Assembly: GCA_965140445.1 (NCBI GenBank)
Contig: OZ223236.1
Span: 608,001-672,000, forward strand
DNA: 64,000 nucleotides
Direction of reading: 5' to 3'
Source of the DNA: Candidatus Ozemobacteraceae bacterium
GTDB taxonomy: Bacteria; Muiribacteriota; Ozemobacteria; Ozemobacterales; Ozemobacteraceae
The position numbers and the translations under genes are program-made. Each line of letters starts with the position of its first letter. Position 1 is the first letter of the stretch. Below, piece by piece: positions 48,240 to 58,004 of this stretch. The notes beneath the pieces were generated by a model. The model saw only the letters and a program-made list of their open reading frames with translations. It ran no database searches and was not told the origin of the DNA.

Positions 48240-49013
48240 TTGACTGAATTTTTGCAATCTCTAACATTTCTTGAACAATTCTTTCTAACCTGCGCATTGA
48301 GCGGTAGCGTAATCTTTACCATTAGAACAGTGATGATGTTTATTGGATTGGCCGGAGATCATGGTGACGGTGACTTGCATGACGCTTCAGGACACCACGA
48401 TCAAATTGACTTTCATGGCGGCCATGATGCATCAGCGATTGACCATCACGGAGACTTATCGTTGGACCATTCCGGTGACTTTCATGACGGTCATGGCGAC
48501 ATAGCTGACACCCATTCTGGTGAAATAGTTGCCGGCAGTGCTGACCAACACCATGATATGCAAGATTCTGATGTGAGTTTTAAATTTGTTTCACTTCAGG
48601 GTTTAACGGCATTTTTTATGATGTTTGGCTGGGTTGGCCTTGCTTTAACAAGAGATAGCGGACTTCCTGGATTTGTTGCCATTTTTGGTGGCCTGGTAGC
48701 AGGATTTTTTACCGTTTACATTCTTGGCATGATGTTTAAGTTTGCTATGAAGCTTCAATCAGACGGAACTATGCGAATAAGAACTGCTCTGGGCTCTGGA
48801 GGATCAGTATATCTTAGAATTCCAGCGCAAAATGGAACCGGTCAGGTTCAGGTTGAAGTTGATGGCAGATTAAAGGTTTTTGACGCTGTTTCAGCAACAA
48901 AGGAAGAAATAAAAACAGGAGAACAGATTACCGTTGTGTGGGTACAAGACAACGGAGTCTTAGTCGTAGAAAAGGACGAACGCGGAGAAGGAGGAAAATT
49001 ATGTGGCCAATAG
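48240..49013 (+). CDS. NfeD-like flotillin partner with His/Asp-rich loop
   Basis: TTG after GAGGAGG; TM, His-rich loop, SLQGLTAFFMMFGW, C-terminal OB-fold (GSVYLRIP...GQVQV). Confidence 0.82.
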   Translation: MTEFLQSLTFLEQFFLTCALSGSVIFTIRTVMMFIGLAGDHGDGDLHDASGHHDQIDFHGGHDASAIDHHGDLSLDHSGDFHDGHGDIADTHSGEIVAGSADQHHDMQDSDVSFKFVSLQGLTAFFMMFGWVGLALTRDSGLPGFVAIFGGLVAGFFTVYILGMMFKFAMKLQSDGTMRIRTALGSGGSVYLRIPAQNGTGQVQVEVDGRLKVFDAVSATKEEIKTGEQITVVWVQDNGVLVVEKDERGEGGKLCGQ

Positions 49014-50584
49014 CAATTGCAGCCCTTGTGGCAGTCTGTTTTGTAACTTTTATTTTTCTTGCAACAAGATATAAAAGGTGTCCCTCAGACAAGATTCTTG
49101 TCATTTATGGAAAAGTAGCTGATAACCGATCCAGTAAGTGTTTACACGGTGGGGGAACTTTGGTGTGGCCTTTGATTCAGGACTATGCTTACATGAGCCT
49201 GACTCCTATGACCATTAGTATTCCTTTGCAGAATGCACTTTCATTGCAGAATATCAGGATTAACGTTCCAAGTACTTTCACCGTTGGTGTAAGCACTGAT
49301 CCAAAAATTATGAATAATGCAGCTGAAAGACTGCTTGGACTATCCGCTCCTGCAATGGAAGACATGGCCAAGGAAATCATTTTTGGTCAGTTACGTCTCA
49401 CTGTTGCGTCACTGACAATTGAGCAGATTAACCAGGATCGCGAAAGCTTTCTTGATTCAGTTAGAAGAAACGTTGAACCAGAGCTAAATAAAATTGGTTT
49501 ATATCTTATTAACGTGAACATTACAGATATTACTGATACTTCTAACTACATTGAAAGTATTGGTAAAAAAGCAGCTTCTGAAGCTATCAACAGAGCAAAA
49601 GTTGATGTTGCTGAACAACAGAAACTTGGTGCAATTGGTGAATCTGAAGCACATAAAGAAAAGACTATTAGAGTTGCGCAGAACGTAGCAGAAGCTGATA
49701 AGGGTGAAAAAGCTGCCGAAGCAGATCGCCGTATTTTCGTTCAGAAACAGGAATCACAGGCTGTTATCGGCGAATCAAGCGCAAATAAAGAAAAAACCAT
49801 TATGGTTGCCAAAAACCTTGCAGAAGCGGAAATGGGTGAAAAAGGCGCAGAAGCTGAAAGACGTGTTTTTGTTCAGGAAAAAGAAGCTACTGCTATCGAT
49901 GGCGAAAACAAATCTAAAGCTTTGATTGCCAGTTCAAATGCTTCTCTTGCTGTCCAGGAAGCCAAGTCTAAACAGGAATCTGAAATTGCTTTGCGCGAAG
50001 CTGAAGTTGAAATTCAGAAAGCTCAATACAAAGCAGAACTTGAAAGACTTACCGCTGCTGAAATCGTTAAAAAAGAAGTTGAAAAACGAAAAATCGAACT
50101 CGAAGCCATGGCGGAAGCCCAGAAAACTGCTATTGAAGCCAAGGGTCGGGCAGATGCAAGATTACTTGAGTATCAGGCTGAAGCTGAAGGTGTTAAAAAG
50201 GTTCTTGAAGGAAAAGCACTTGGTTACCAGGAATTACTTAAGAGTGTTAATAACGATCCAAAAGCTCTTGCAACACTTCTCATGGTTGAAAAAATTGAAG
50301 GAATTATTGAGAAACAGGTTGAAGCTATCAAGAATATTAAGATTGATAAAATTACTGTGTGGGACTCAAATGGCGGAGAAAAGGGAAATGGAAGCACAAC
50401 TTCCAATTTTATCTCTAACTTTGCTAAATCTCTTCCACCACTTCAAGATGTTGCCAGCATGGCTGGAGTTGAACTCCCAGAATTTCTCGGCCGCATGAAG
50501 AATGATGAAGATGATTTCAAAGCTTCAAATGAAGCAAAGACTATTGAAAATCATAGCGAAAAAGGTAAAAAGTCTGGCAAGTAA
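49001..50584 (+). CDS. Flotillin / SPFH family protein
   Basis: RYKRCPSDKILVIYG, GQLRLTVASLTIEQINQDR, AEA-rich coiled coil, IDKITVWD; ATG after GGAGG. Confidence 0.93.
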   Translation: MWPIAIAALVAVCFVTFIFLATRYKRCPSDKILVIYGKVADNRSSKCLHGGGTLVWPLIQDYAYMSLTPMTISIPLQNALSLQNIRINVPSTFTVGVSTDPKIMNNAAERLLGLSAPAMEDMAKEIIFGQLRLTVASLTIEQINQDRESFLDSVRRNVEPELNKIGLYLINVNITDITDTSNYIESIGKKAASEAINRAKVDVAEQQKLGAIGESEAHKEKTIRVAQNVAEADKGEKAAEADRRIFVQKQESQAVIGESSANKEKTIMVAKNLAEAEMGEKGAEAERRVFVQEKEATAIDGENKSKALIASSNASLAVQEAKSKQESEIALREAEVEIQKAQYKAELERLTAAEIVKKEVEKRKIELEAMAEAQKTAIEAKGRADARLLEYQAEAEGVKKVLEGKALGYQELLKSVNNDPKALATLLMVEKIEGIIEKQVEAIKNIKIDKITVWDSNGGEKGNGSTTSNFISNFAKSLPPLQDVASMAGVELPEFLGRMKNDEDDFKASNEAKTIENHSEKGKKSGK

Positions 50585-50605
50585 TTGATTTTGACTTTTA
50601 ATTTT

Positions 50606-50643
50606 GCCCCGCCTGGAGTAATCCTGGCGGGGCTTTCTCTTTA
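50606..50643 (+). terminator. Intrinsic terminator
   Basis: GCCCCGCC...GGCGGGGC followed by a T-rich tail. Confidence 0.8.
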
Positions 50644-50968
50644 TGTTAGATTTTGTTTTTCTTACCTATCAATGGGGGCGATTAAGGGGCGGGTGATCTT
50701 GCGCTACCAAAGAAAAACTATGTAACACAGTCTATTTTAGCTGTGATTTAGGTGCTCAGATTGCCTGAAAATAGGCTTTAAAATTCTTCGAGTATGATTG
50801 GCCTCAGCCTTCATCTCCAGCCTTATCTTCAGCCAGCCTGGTTCTCCATAGGCAACTTCAGAACAAAGCATTGATAATGCCGCGAAAAGTTAATCTATGG
50901 CGCAAGTGAAAGTGCATCAATCGAAACTTTAAAACCTTATGATTTATAGTGTTGGTTTAGCTAAAAAT

Positions 50969-51001
50969 AAAAACCGCCATTCAAAATGAATGACGGTTTT
51001 T
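50969..51001 (-). terminator. Intrinsic terminator of the S8 gene
   Basis: AAAAACCGCCATTC/GAATGACGGTTTTT. Confidence 0.7.
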
Positions 51002-51029
51002 GTTTATGTTTGTTTATCTAAGTTTGTTC

Positions 51030-52481
51030 TTAGAATACTGCTGAGAAGTAAATGTCTCTGATCTGTTTGTCTTCAAGGTCTGGACCTTTGAAGTTGTTTG
51101 GAGATTTTACAACTATATCATTAACTTTTTCGTTAGCTTCTGAGATTGCTTCATCAATGCTTTTACCAGCTTTGATCTGCATTGCTGCATACATAGCGCG
51201 GTTAACGTTGATTACGCCGCCAGTTCTAACTTTGTCTTTCAGCCATTCTTTTTTGTCTACTGTTCCCATGAGGATCTTTTTGAGTTCTACAGGTGTAAGA
51301 TCAGGATTTTCGTTGAGAACCATAGAACCAAATTTTAGAGCCATTGGACAAGCCATTGAAGTGCCTGACATATAACCCATTTTCTGGTTAGGGTATGTGG
51401 CGAAAATGTTTACACCAGGAACAGCTATGTCAACGATTGTAGTGCCGTGGCATGAAAAGTCAGCCAATTTTTTGTTATTGTCGGTAGCACCAATAACGAT
51501 TTTGTTTTCGATATCAACGTTATTTGGTGAACTTGTAATTCCATCAAGATCTTCGGAAGAGTTACCAGCAGCGATGAAGATGAGAGCATCTTTGCAGCCA
51601 CTGAAGAAAGCTTTATCTCTTGCGAGGAGAGCTTTTTCTACGAACAGGTTTGTTACTTCCTGAACTTCTTCATCTGTTGGATTAATCCAACCCCATTGTT
51701 GAATCATGTTTTGTTTGAAACTTTCAAGAAGCTGTTTGTTTTCTGTGCCGAATGAGCAGTTGATGAGTTTTGCTTTCAAAGAGGCTACGTATGCAGCTTC
51801 TTTTTTGGCTTTTGCTGCATAATCTTGTCCTAGTCTTGCAAACAAATCTTCAAGCTGACCCATAGTAACTTTTGTTGCTTCTGGAGCGCGTGAACTTCTG
51901 GTGTTTTTATGGGCAAGTTCATAGTTGATCTGACTGAGAGCCTGAGCAACGAATGCTTTTGGAGCTGCGCCAGTTGGGATATGTCTTACTGCTTTTAGGC
52001 TTACGCAATCATTATCTGTTGAAATTATACCAGCACAATGTGTTCCGTGGGCCCATCCACCAACGAATCCAATCCAGGGGCCGAATTTAGGGTCATTATA
52101 ATTGGTTACCAAAAAGCTGAATTCTTCTTTGGTTAAGGCTTCTTTTCCGTATGCCTGGATTTTTCCGATGAGTTCCATGCATTTAAGAACTTTATCATAG
52201 TCTGGAGGAGTGCTTGAAAGATCAACAATGGTAGAATTGTTTTCTACAAAGTTCCAGCCATAAACGTCATCTTTATAACCGTTTTTGTCGTCATCTTTGT
52301 TGGCAACACCATTAAGTTCAGCCTGGTTTGGCAGAGCTAAATCTTTCAACTGGTTGTGGGTAAAATCACTACCAGAATCAAGTACCAAAACTCTAACTCC
52401 CTCTGCTGAAAAAGCCGCTGGAGCACTGAGAAGTGAGAATACGCACAAGGCCGCAACAAAAGAACGGATTTTATTATGCAC
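51030..52481 (-). CDS. Exported subtilase (peptidase S8)
   Basis: VLDSG, YGWNF, HGTHCAG, AAGN, SGTSMACP; signal peptide; GTG start after AGGAG. Confidence 0.93.
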   Translation of the reverse strand: MHNKIRSFVAALCVFSLLSAPAAFSAEGVRVLVLDSGSDFTHNQLKDLALPNQAELNGVANKDDDKNGYKDDVYGWNFVENNSTIVDLSSTPPDYDKVLKCMELIGKIQAYGKEALTKEEFSFLVTNYNDPKFGPWIGFVGGWAHGTHCAGIISTDNDCVSLKAVRHIPTGAAPKAFVAQALSQINYELAHKNTRSSRAPEATKVTMGQLEDLFARLGQDYAAKAKKEAAYVASLKAKLINCSFGTENKQLLESFKQNMIQQWGWINPTDEEVQEVTNLFVEKALLARDKAFFSGCKDALIFIAAGNSSEDLDGITSSPNNVDIENKIVIGATDNNKKLADFSCHGTTIVDIAVPGVNIFATYPNQKMGYMSGTSMACPMALKFGSMVLNENPDLTPVELKKILMGTVDKKEWLKDKVRTGGVINVNRAMYAAMQIKAGKSIDEAISEANEKVNDIVVKSPNNFKGPDLEDKQIRDIYFSAVF

Positions 52482-52650
52482 TTATTTTTCTCCTAATTTG
52501 TAATTGTATTTCATTATTATACGGATTTTTTTTAAAGCGTCAAAAGATCACCCAAATTTTTTTACGAGCTTCCATTTTGTACGGAATACATTATACTTAT
52601 ACTATTCTGTGAAAAAATAATTACAAAAAAAATAAAAACGGGAAAAAATA

Positions 52651-53334
52651 ATGAGAAAACAAAAAATTTGGTTGGTTGCTGTTGTTCTTTGTTGTTTGAC
52701 GTTTATTTCTGCAAATGTCTATGCTGGAGACCCTGCTGGTTATTGGTCATCTTCAACTGGTTCAAGTATAAAGATATGGGCCAACATGCAGCAGGTAAAT
52801 ATAACTGTTACGGCTCCTAACGGGGCTAGCTATAAATATAATGGCTGGTGGACAAGATTCAGTGACAACTTCAGCTATCAGGTCCCCAATTCTGGTATTA
52901 GACAGTGCTGGTTTGATAGAAATAATAGCAATATAATTTGGGTTAAAAGCCCGAATGGTTCAATGACTAAGTGGACGCGTGGCGGCAAACAAAGCTATTC
53001 AGCCCCTGCACCTTCCTACAATAATCAAGGCTACAATAACAATCAGGGCTACAATAATAATCAAAGCTCTGGTTCTACTATTGACGGCACATGGAGTTCA
53101 AATTCCGGAAATTCATTTTTGATTTCTACAAAAGGAAATCAGGTTTTTGTGACTATGGTTGCCGCTAATGGAGCCCGAGTTCAAGGAATTGGCAGATGGT
53201 TGAAGTATGGTTCTAAATTTGATTATTCTCTTAGTGGTTATCCGGGAACTGTAGTCTGTACAGTTGATTACAGAAACCCAAACGTTCTATATGTTGTTAG
53301 TAATAGCGGAAGAAATACTTGGACGAGAAGATAG
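52651..53334 (+). CDS. Exported protein with two repeated beta-rich domains
   Basis: Two GxWSSxxG...G.W...F.Y...WTR units joined by YNN(N)QG repeats. Confidence 0.75.
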   Translation: MRKQKIWLVAVVLCCLTFISANVYAGDPAGYWSSSTGSSIKIWANMQQVNITVTAPNGASYKYNGWWTRFSDNFSYQVPNSGIRQCWFDRNNSNIIWVKSPNGSMTKWTRGGKQSYSAPAPSYNNQGYNNNQGYNNNQSSGSTIDGTWSSNSGNSFLISTKGNQVFVTMVAANGARVQGIGRWLKYGSKFDYSLSGYPGTVVCTVDYRNPNVLYVVSNSGRNTWTRR

Positions 53335-53366
53335 TCCAGATAAAAGAATTTGAGGAGATTTACTTG

Positions 53367-55208
53367 ATGCGAAAATTGCTTCTGTCTTTGTTTTGTTTAA
53401 TGATGGGATTCGCTTTGGTAACCCCTGCATTTGCTATAGAGCAGGAAATACCGAATTACCAGTATCGTTCTCTCAGTGTGAGTAACGTTAAAGACTTTAT
53501 CAGTGAAGTTAAACAGAATCTTTCTGATCAGGAAACGGTTTTAAAAGCAAAATATGCTGCAAAACCAAAAAAGGTAAAAAAACATCAGACTGTTGTTGCA
53601 TTTAAAGATGTAATTAAAAGGTCTGAAAGCTTGTTGGCAGAGATTTCTGAAAATGGTCAAAATAGCGACACCGAACGGGAATTTATTAGAATTCAAAGAC
53701 TTCACTACGGTGTTATGGCGGATATTGGTGGAGCAGAACAAACCGGAAAATTAAAACGTGGAAAGAACATGATCAAAAACGTTCTTTTTGGCCCTATAGT
53801 TTTAAAGGTTCCAGATGTAATTAGCCCCGACATTAAAGTTGGCTTAAAAAGTGCCAAAAAAGAAGCTGAAAGACTTTTCAGACCAGGTAAAAAGACTCCT
53901 GTAAGTTTTGAAGAAATGGCCGAAATGAATTCATTTGAAATTTCCAGACTGGAAGTTTCAGAAGATCACCCGGCATTGGTTGGTGAGCCTGGGAATCATT
54001 ATGCAGAATTCCTGAAAAAAATGGAAAAACTTATTAAATTGCAGGATAAAGATCTTAAAAAATTCGATTATTCCTTTGCAAGAAGAGTTCTTTTCTTTGA
54101 TGGCGGCAAGGAAACTGCCACATCTCCGAAGATTTCTACTAAGGACCGATATGGTTTAAAATGGAAACTCAAATGGGGTGACGAAGTTCATACAGACGTT
54201 GCTATGACGCGCTTGTATATCGATCTTGGTGGTACTTACACCGATCAGAAATTCTACTCTGGACCTGGCGAAACAATCCTGATTTTGCAAAAAGAAGGCA
54301 AAGATAACATCTCTACTTTCTATGAATTATCAGATATGCTTTTGCATTCAACATTTAAGTTTCATGCTGATAGATATTTTCTTCCAGAGCCAGTTATTAA
54401 AGATAAAACCGGTAGAATTCTTGGGAGCGGAATCGTAGATGAAGCTATGGCCGAAAGGGAATCTATCCCTGTAGATAAAATTGGCTGTTACTATGTTCTA
54501 TTCAAAGAGTGTCAACTTTCTTTATATAATCCAGCTATTAAACGTCTTGGCGGAGCATCATTGAGCAATGTTGGCGCTGATCAGGATAGAGTTGCAAGAA
54601 GCTCAATTATTTTTAATGCATGGATCAAAAACAAAGACATGAAGGATGACAACAGTAGAGTTGGCCTTCTATACAATGCTGAAACAGATAAGTTTGACTT
54701 GCCAGTTGAATTTCAGAGTGATCTTGGTTGTACTCTTGGAGGCTTGAAACCTTCTGGAGCAATTAACAAGTTTGAAGCTTCGATGGTGAAATTGATGCCA
54801 CAGTCCATAAACTTTTATATGAGACCACTTTATGTTCCTTCAGCGTGGAAAGCATGCACCTGGGCAGACGCAAGGTGGATGGCCATGAGAATTGCCTCTC
54901 TCAGCCGTGAAGATATGGAAAGAGCCTTTTTTGACTGCGGTTGGCCTACTTTTGTTCAAAAGCTTGCAATCGAAAAGCTTATTAATCGAAGAAATGAGCT
55001 TGTAAAAGCATTTAAACTGGAAGAAGACGGGTTCAAACCATTACCATGTGATGTGAAATTCACTATGAAAGTAAAAGGTAAAGGCGGAGCTGTTGATTAT
55101 CCTGTTAAACGTGGCGTGATTAATAAAAACTCGAAAACAGTCAAAATGCTTGTTGAGCAGAACCATCCAGAAGGTCTTGCTGATATTGTTTCAAGAAGAG
55201 ATGACTAA
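53367..55208 (+). CDS. Exported hypothetical protein with atypical kinase-like motifs
   Basis: Signal peptide ending AFA; TSPK...KWKLKWGDE, NKDMKDDN, SDLG. Confidence 0.65.
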   Translation: MRKLLLSLFCLMMGFALVTPAFAIEQEIPNYQYRSLSVSNVKDFISEVKQNLSDQETVLKAKYAAKPKKVKKHQTVVAFKDVIKRSESLLAEISENGQNSDTEREFIRIQRLHYGVMADIGGAEQTGKLKRGKNMIKNVLFGPIVLKVPDVISPDIKVGLKSAKKEAERLFRPGKKTPVSFEEMAEMNSFEISRLEVSEDHPALVGEPGNHYAEFLKKMEKLIKLQDKDLKKFDYSFARRVLFFDGGKETATSPKISTKDRYGLKWKLKWGDEVHTDVAMTRLYIDLGGTYTDQKFYSGPGETILILQKEGKDNISTFYELSDMLLHSTFKFHADRYFLPEPVIKDKTGRILGSGIVDEAMAERESIPVDKIGCYYVLFKECQLSLYNPAIKRLGGASLSNVGADQDRVARSSIIFNAWIKNKDMKDDNSRVGLLYNAETDKFDLPVEFQSDLGCTLGGLKPSGAINKFEASMVKLMPQSINFYMRPLYVPSAWKACTWADARWMAMRIASLSREDMERAFFDCGWPTFVQKLAIEKLINRRNELVKAFKLEEDGFKPLPCDVKFTMKVKGKGGAVDYPVKRGVINKNSKTVKMLVEQNHPEGLADIVSRRDD

Positions 55209-55231
55209 CTTACCTTTCTTAAAGTAACCAT

Positions 55232-55270
55232 AACGAGCCCGATCTAATTTAAGGTCGGGCTTGTTTTTTT
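55232..55270 (+). terminator. Intrinsic terminator
   Basis: AACGAGCCCGATCT/AGGTCGGGCTTGTT followed by a T-run. Confidence 0.8.
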
Positions 55271-55343
55271 GTTTTTTCCTTTCCAATTTTCCCCTGAGAA
55301 AAGTAAAATGGCTCTAATAACAAAAAAAAAGTGTGAGAAAGAA

Positions 55344-56483
55344 ATGAATTCATTTTTTAGGCTGTTTTGTATTGTGCTTGTTTCGCTTTTTTGTTCCCTT
55401 TCTATGGCTTTTGCCATGGATCAAAAAAGCCTGGCGATTGCCACATTAAAATATGACATCACACAATTGAATGCTGGCAATAGTATTGATGACTCCGATG
55501 TTGTGCCGGGAATTCAAAAAGATTCCCAGGAAAAAAATGTTGGCAACTCAATAGTTGAAAACCTCTTAAATCTTGCAGGAAAGAAAGAGAAAAAAATCAT
55601 AAATAAGATTCTTGATTTGGACAAGAAGGTCAAGTTTATCAACGTAAAATCCATTGAAAAAAGGCTTGGAAATGTTAATTTCCCTGCTTTGGTAAATCTG
55701 TTTAATGGAGTAAAAAGTTTAAAAATTAAGGGTTTTGATCTGAGTAAAATTAGTGAGTTGAAAGGCTCATTAGCTCAGATTGAGGGGCTTATTAAGCAAT
55801 ACAAAAATTCTCCGAAAGAGGCTGGAAAGCTTTCTTTCTTTGCTGGAATGGCAAAAGAGCAGCTTGGAAATGTGGAAACTGATCCTGTAGCCAGGTCAAC
55901 ATTCAGGGCTTCAGCAATCCAGTCTTATCAGAATTCTCTATCGAATCTGAAAAAGCTCCCAGATCAACCAAGTCAGGATGCGTCTACTGATGCTGAAGAA
56001 AGGATTGATGCTCTTCAGAATCCTTTTGGAGAAGTGATTCCTTTAACAGGAAAGAAAGGCCCAAAAAAAATACTTTTAACCTCAGATTACGGAACAAGAA
56101 TTCATCCAGTGAAAAAAACAAAAAGGTTTCATTCTGGAGTTGATCTTGCTGGCTGGAAATGCACTGGTTGGAAAGTTGTTGCTATAGGGCCAGGTCGAGT
56201 TATTAAAAGTGGATGGGAAACTGGATATGGTTATCTGGTTGTTCTTTCCCATGAAGTTAATGGAAAACAATATTTTTCAAAATATGCCCATCTGAAGAAA
56301 AATGGCCGCATTTCATCCGGGAAGCTGGTGAAGCCAGGACAACTACTTGGATATTGTAACAATTCCGGAGTTTCCACCGGGTCACATTTGCATTTTGAAG
56401 TAAGAAAAGATTCTTCCAGAGGGAAAACTCTTGATCCAAAAGAATATCTCCCATATGTTGAACCCATCCCTGGGTTAAAATAG
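55344..56483 (+). CDS. Exported M23 family metallopeptidase
   Basis: TSDYGTRIHPV...HSGVD (HxxxD), YAHL, STGSHLHFEVR (HxH). Confidence 0.92.
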   Translation: MNSFFRLFCIVLVSLFCSLSMAFAMDQKSLAIATLKYDITQLNAGNSIDDSDVVPGIQKDSQEKNVGNSIVENLLNLAGKKEKKIINKILDLDKKVKFINVKSIEKRLGNVNFPALVNLFNGVKSLKIKGFDLSKISELKGSLAQIEGLIKQYKNSPKEAGKLSFFAGMAKEQLGNVETDPVARSTFRASAIQSYQNSLSNLKKLPDQPSQDASTDAEERIDALQNPFGEVIPLTGKKGPKKILLTSDYGTRIHPVKKTKRFHSGVDLAGWKCTGWKVVAIGPGRVIKSGWETGYGYLVVLSHEVNGKQYFSKYAHLKKNGRISSGKLVKPGQLLGYCNNSGVSTGSHLHFEVRKDSSRGKTLDPKEYLPYVEPIPGLK

Positions 56484-56498
56484 TTTTAGAGGTTATCT

Positions 56499-56945
56499 GT
56501 GGGTATAGTTAAATATAGTTCGATTTTTTTTATTCTAGTTCTAATTTTCGGTGTTTGCACCACACTGGTTGCTAATGAAGAAAACTGTGTTGGTGTAGAA
56601 GAAAATTTTGAAGAAGACAGACTTGCCTGTATGGCAAGACTTAGTCAAATAAAAGCAATTATTGAACTTGATCGAATGGATCAACATTCGCTGTTTTTGG
56701 TTGGCTCGCAGAGCCGTGAAATAAGTGGTTTTATGGATTTGGCTGAAATTGAAGAATTCCTTTGTAATGATGGTGGAATAATTTCTTTTTCAACAGGCAA
56801 AGATGGTGCGGTAAAGGTTAGCTGTTCTATTCACGGTGAACTAAAATTGGTAGATATTGAACTTGTTGAAAACACTGCCAGCAAGACTGAAACCTTAAAC
56901 GAATCAGATCCGGAAAACTTTGATTTAGAGAATGAAATTGAATAA
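56499..56945 (+). CDS. Exported protein with one C...C...CxxH module
   Basis: Signal peptide; ACMARLSQI...CNDGG...CSIHG; GTG after GAGG. Confidence 0.65.
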   Translation: MGIVKYSSIFFILVLIFGVCTTLVANEENCVGVEENFEEDRLACMARLSQIKAIIELDRMDQHSLFLVGSQSREISGFMDLAEIEEFLCNDGGIISFSTGKDGAVKVSCSIHGELKLVDIELVENTASKTETLNESDPENFDLENEIE

Positions 56946-56957
56946 AGGACTACTCTG

Positions 56958-57998
56958 ATGAGGATAAAACAGCTTTTGACATCATGTTTTTTGATGATTG
57001 GGATTGTAGCCTTTTCACAGCAGTTTGATGGTGGGGTCATTCCTACTGACAATCTTGATATTAGTGAGATTCAGGCAAACATTGATAGATCGCTACCTGA
57101 AAAAGCTGGAAATTTAAGATTTTCTCGTATTGCTGTCTTACCATTTTCTGGTTGGCCAGATGGCTTGGTGAAGCAGGGGCATGATGCAAACGGTGTTTTT
57201 CAGGGCTACTCTTTGAAAACTTTTAATAACTCCATTTACTTCATGGATCAAGCAGGATATAGCGTTTTTAAAATTAGACCGCAGACAGGAAAATACGAGA
57301 TTTTTTCAACAGATTATGGGCAGAAGAATATCAAAATGGAGGATTTTGGCCTTTTATCCGGTAATTCAATTGTTTTGTCCGATAACTCAAGGCAGTCGTT
57401 GCTTTTCTTTGAAAATAATCGCTTAAAAGAAGTAAAGAGTCTGGAAAACGATCGAGTTCTTTTTCGTCACATTGATTTTGTTGAATCAGATGTTTTAGGG
57501 CGAAAAATAGCAGTTTACGACTCTGGTCGGAATCGAACTGTGCTTCTGGATTCGCATGGTAAAAGTCTTTGGAATCGAGAAGGCAAAATGGAGCCTTGTT
57601 TTTACGGAGCTTCCGTTTTAAACCTCGAAAAAGCTGATAAAGGTATAGCAGTAAATATTATCAGCGAACTTTCCAGAACCCCCAGGTTGCTTGACAAGTA
57701 TTATTGTAAAGAGGGTAATATCGTTCTGGATGCCTGGATTGCCGGAACATTTAGAGGGACTCTTGTGATGGTCGTGTATGAAGGAAAAGGCGATGAGGAT
57801 CACCCTGATTATGCTAAAGTGGTTCTCTTTAAAGATGGAAAACAGAGGGTTGTTGAATTTAAGCCCTTTATGGATTTTCGCCTGGGATTGGTTACTCCAT
57901 TCAGATTATTACTTTCAAGAAATGGACTAAAACTTATAACTGCCAGATTATTAGAAAGCGGGATTGAAATTATAGGCTCTGAATTGCCTATTTTCTAA
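56958..57998 (+). CDS. Exported beta-propeller-like hypothetical protein
   Basis: Signal peptide; repeated IYFMD / IVLSD / IAVYD strand motifs. Confidence 0.6.
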   Translation: MRIKQLLTSCFLMIGIVAFSQQFDGGVIPTDNLDISEIQANIDRSLPEKAGNLRFSRIAVLPFSGWPDGLVKQGHDANGVFQGYSLKTFNNSIYFMDQAGYSVFKIRPQTGKYEIFSTDYGQKNIKMEDFGLLSGNSIVLSDNSRQSLLFFENNRLKEVKSLENDRVLFRHIDFVESDVLGRKIAVYDSGRNRTVLLDSHGKSLWNREGKMEPCFYGASVLNLEKADKGIAVNIISELSRTPRLLDKYYCKEGNIVLDAWIAGTFRGTLVMVVYEGKGDEDHPDYAKVVLFKDGKQRVVEFKPFMDFRLGLVTPFRLLLSRNGLKLITARLLESGIEIIGSELPIF

Positions 57999-58004
57999 AA
58001 AAAT

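Noticed and set aside
49926..50498. 190-aa alternative-frame ORF inside flotillin
   Set aside because: Shadow frame arising from GAA/GCT/AAA-rich coiled-coil codons; no RBS or motif.
50640..50960. Intergenic imperfect inverted repeat AGTCTATTTTAG...CTGAAAATAGGCT and CAGCC repeats
   Set aside because: Single copy, weak pairing, and no supporting promoter or ORF.
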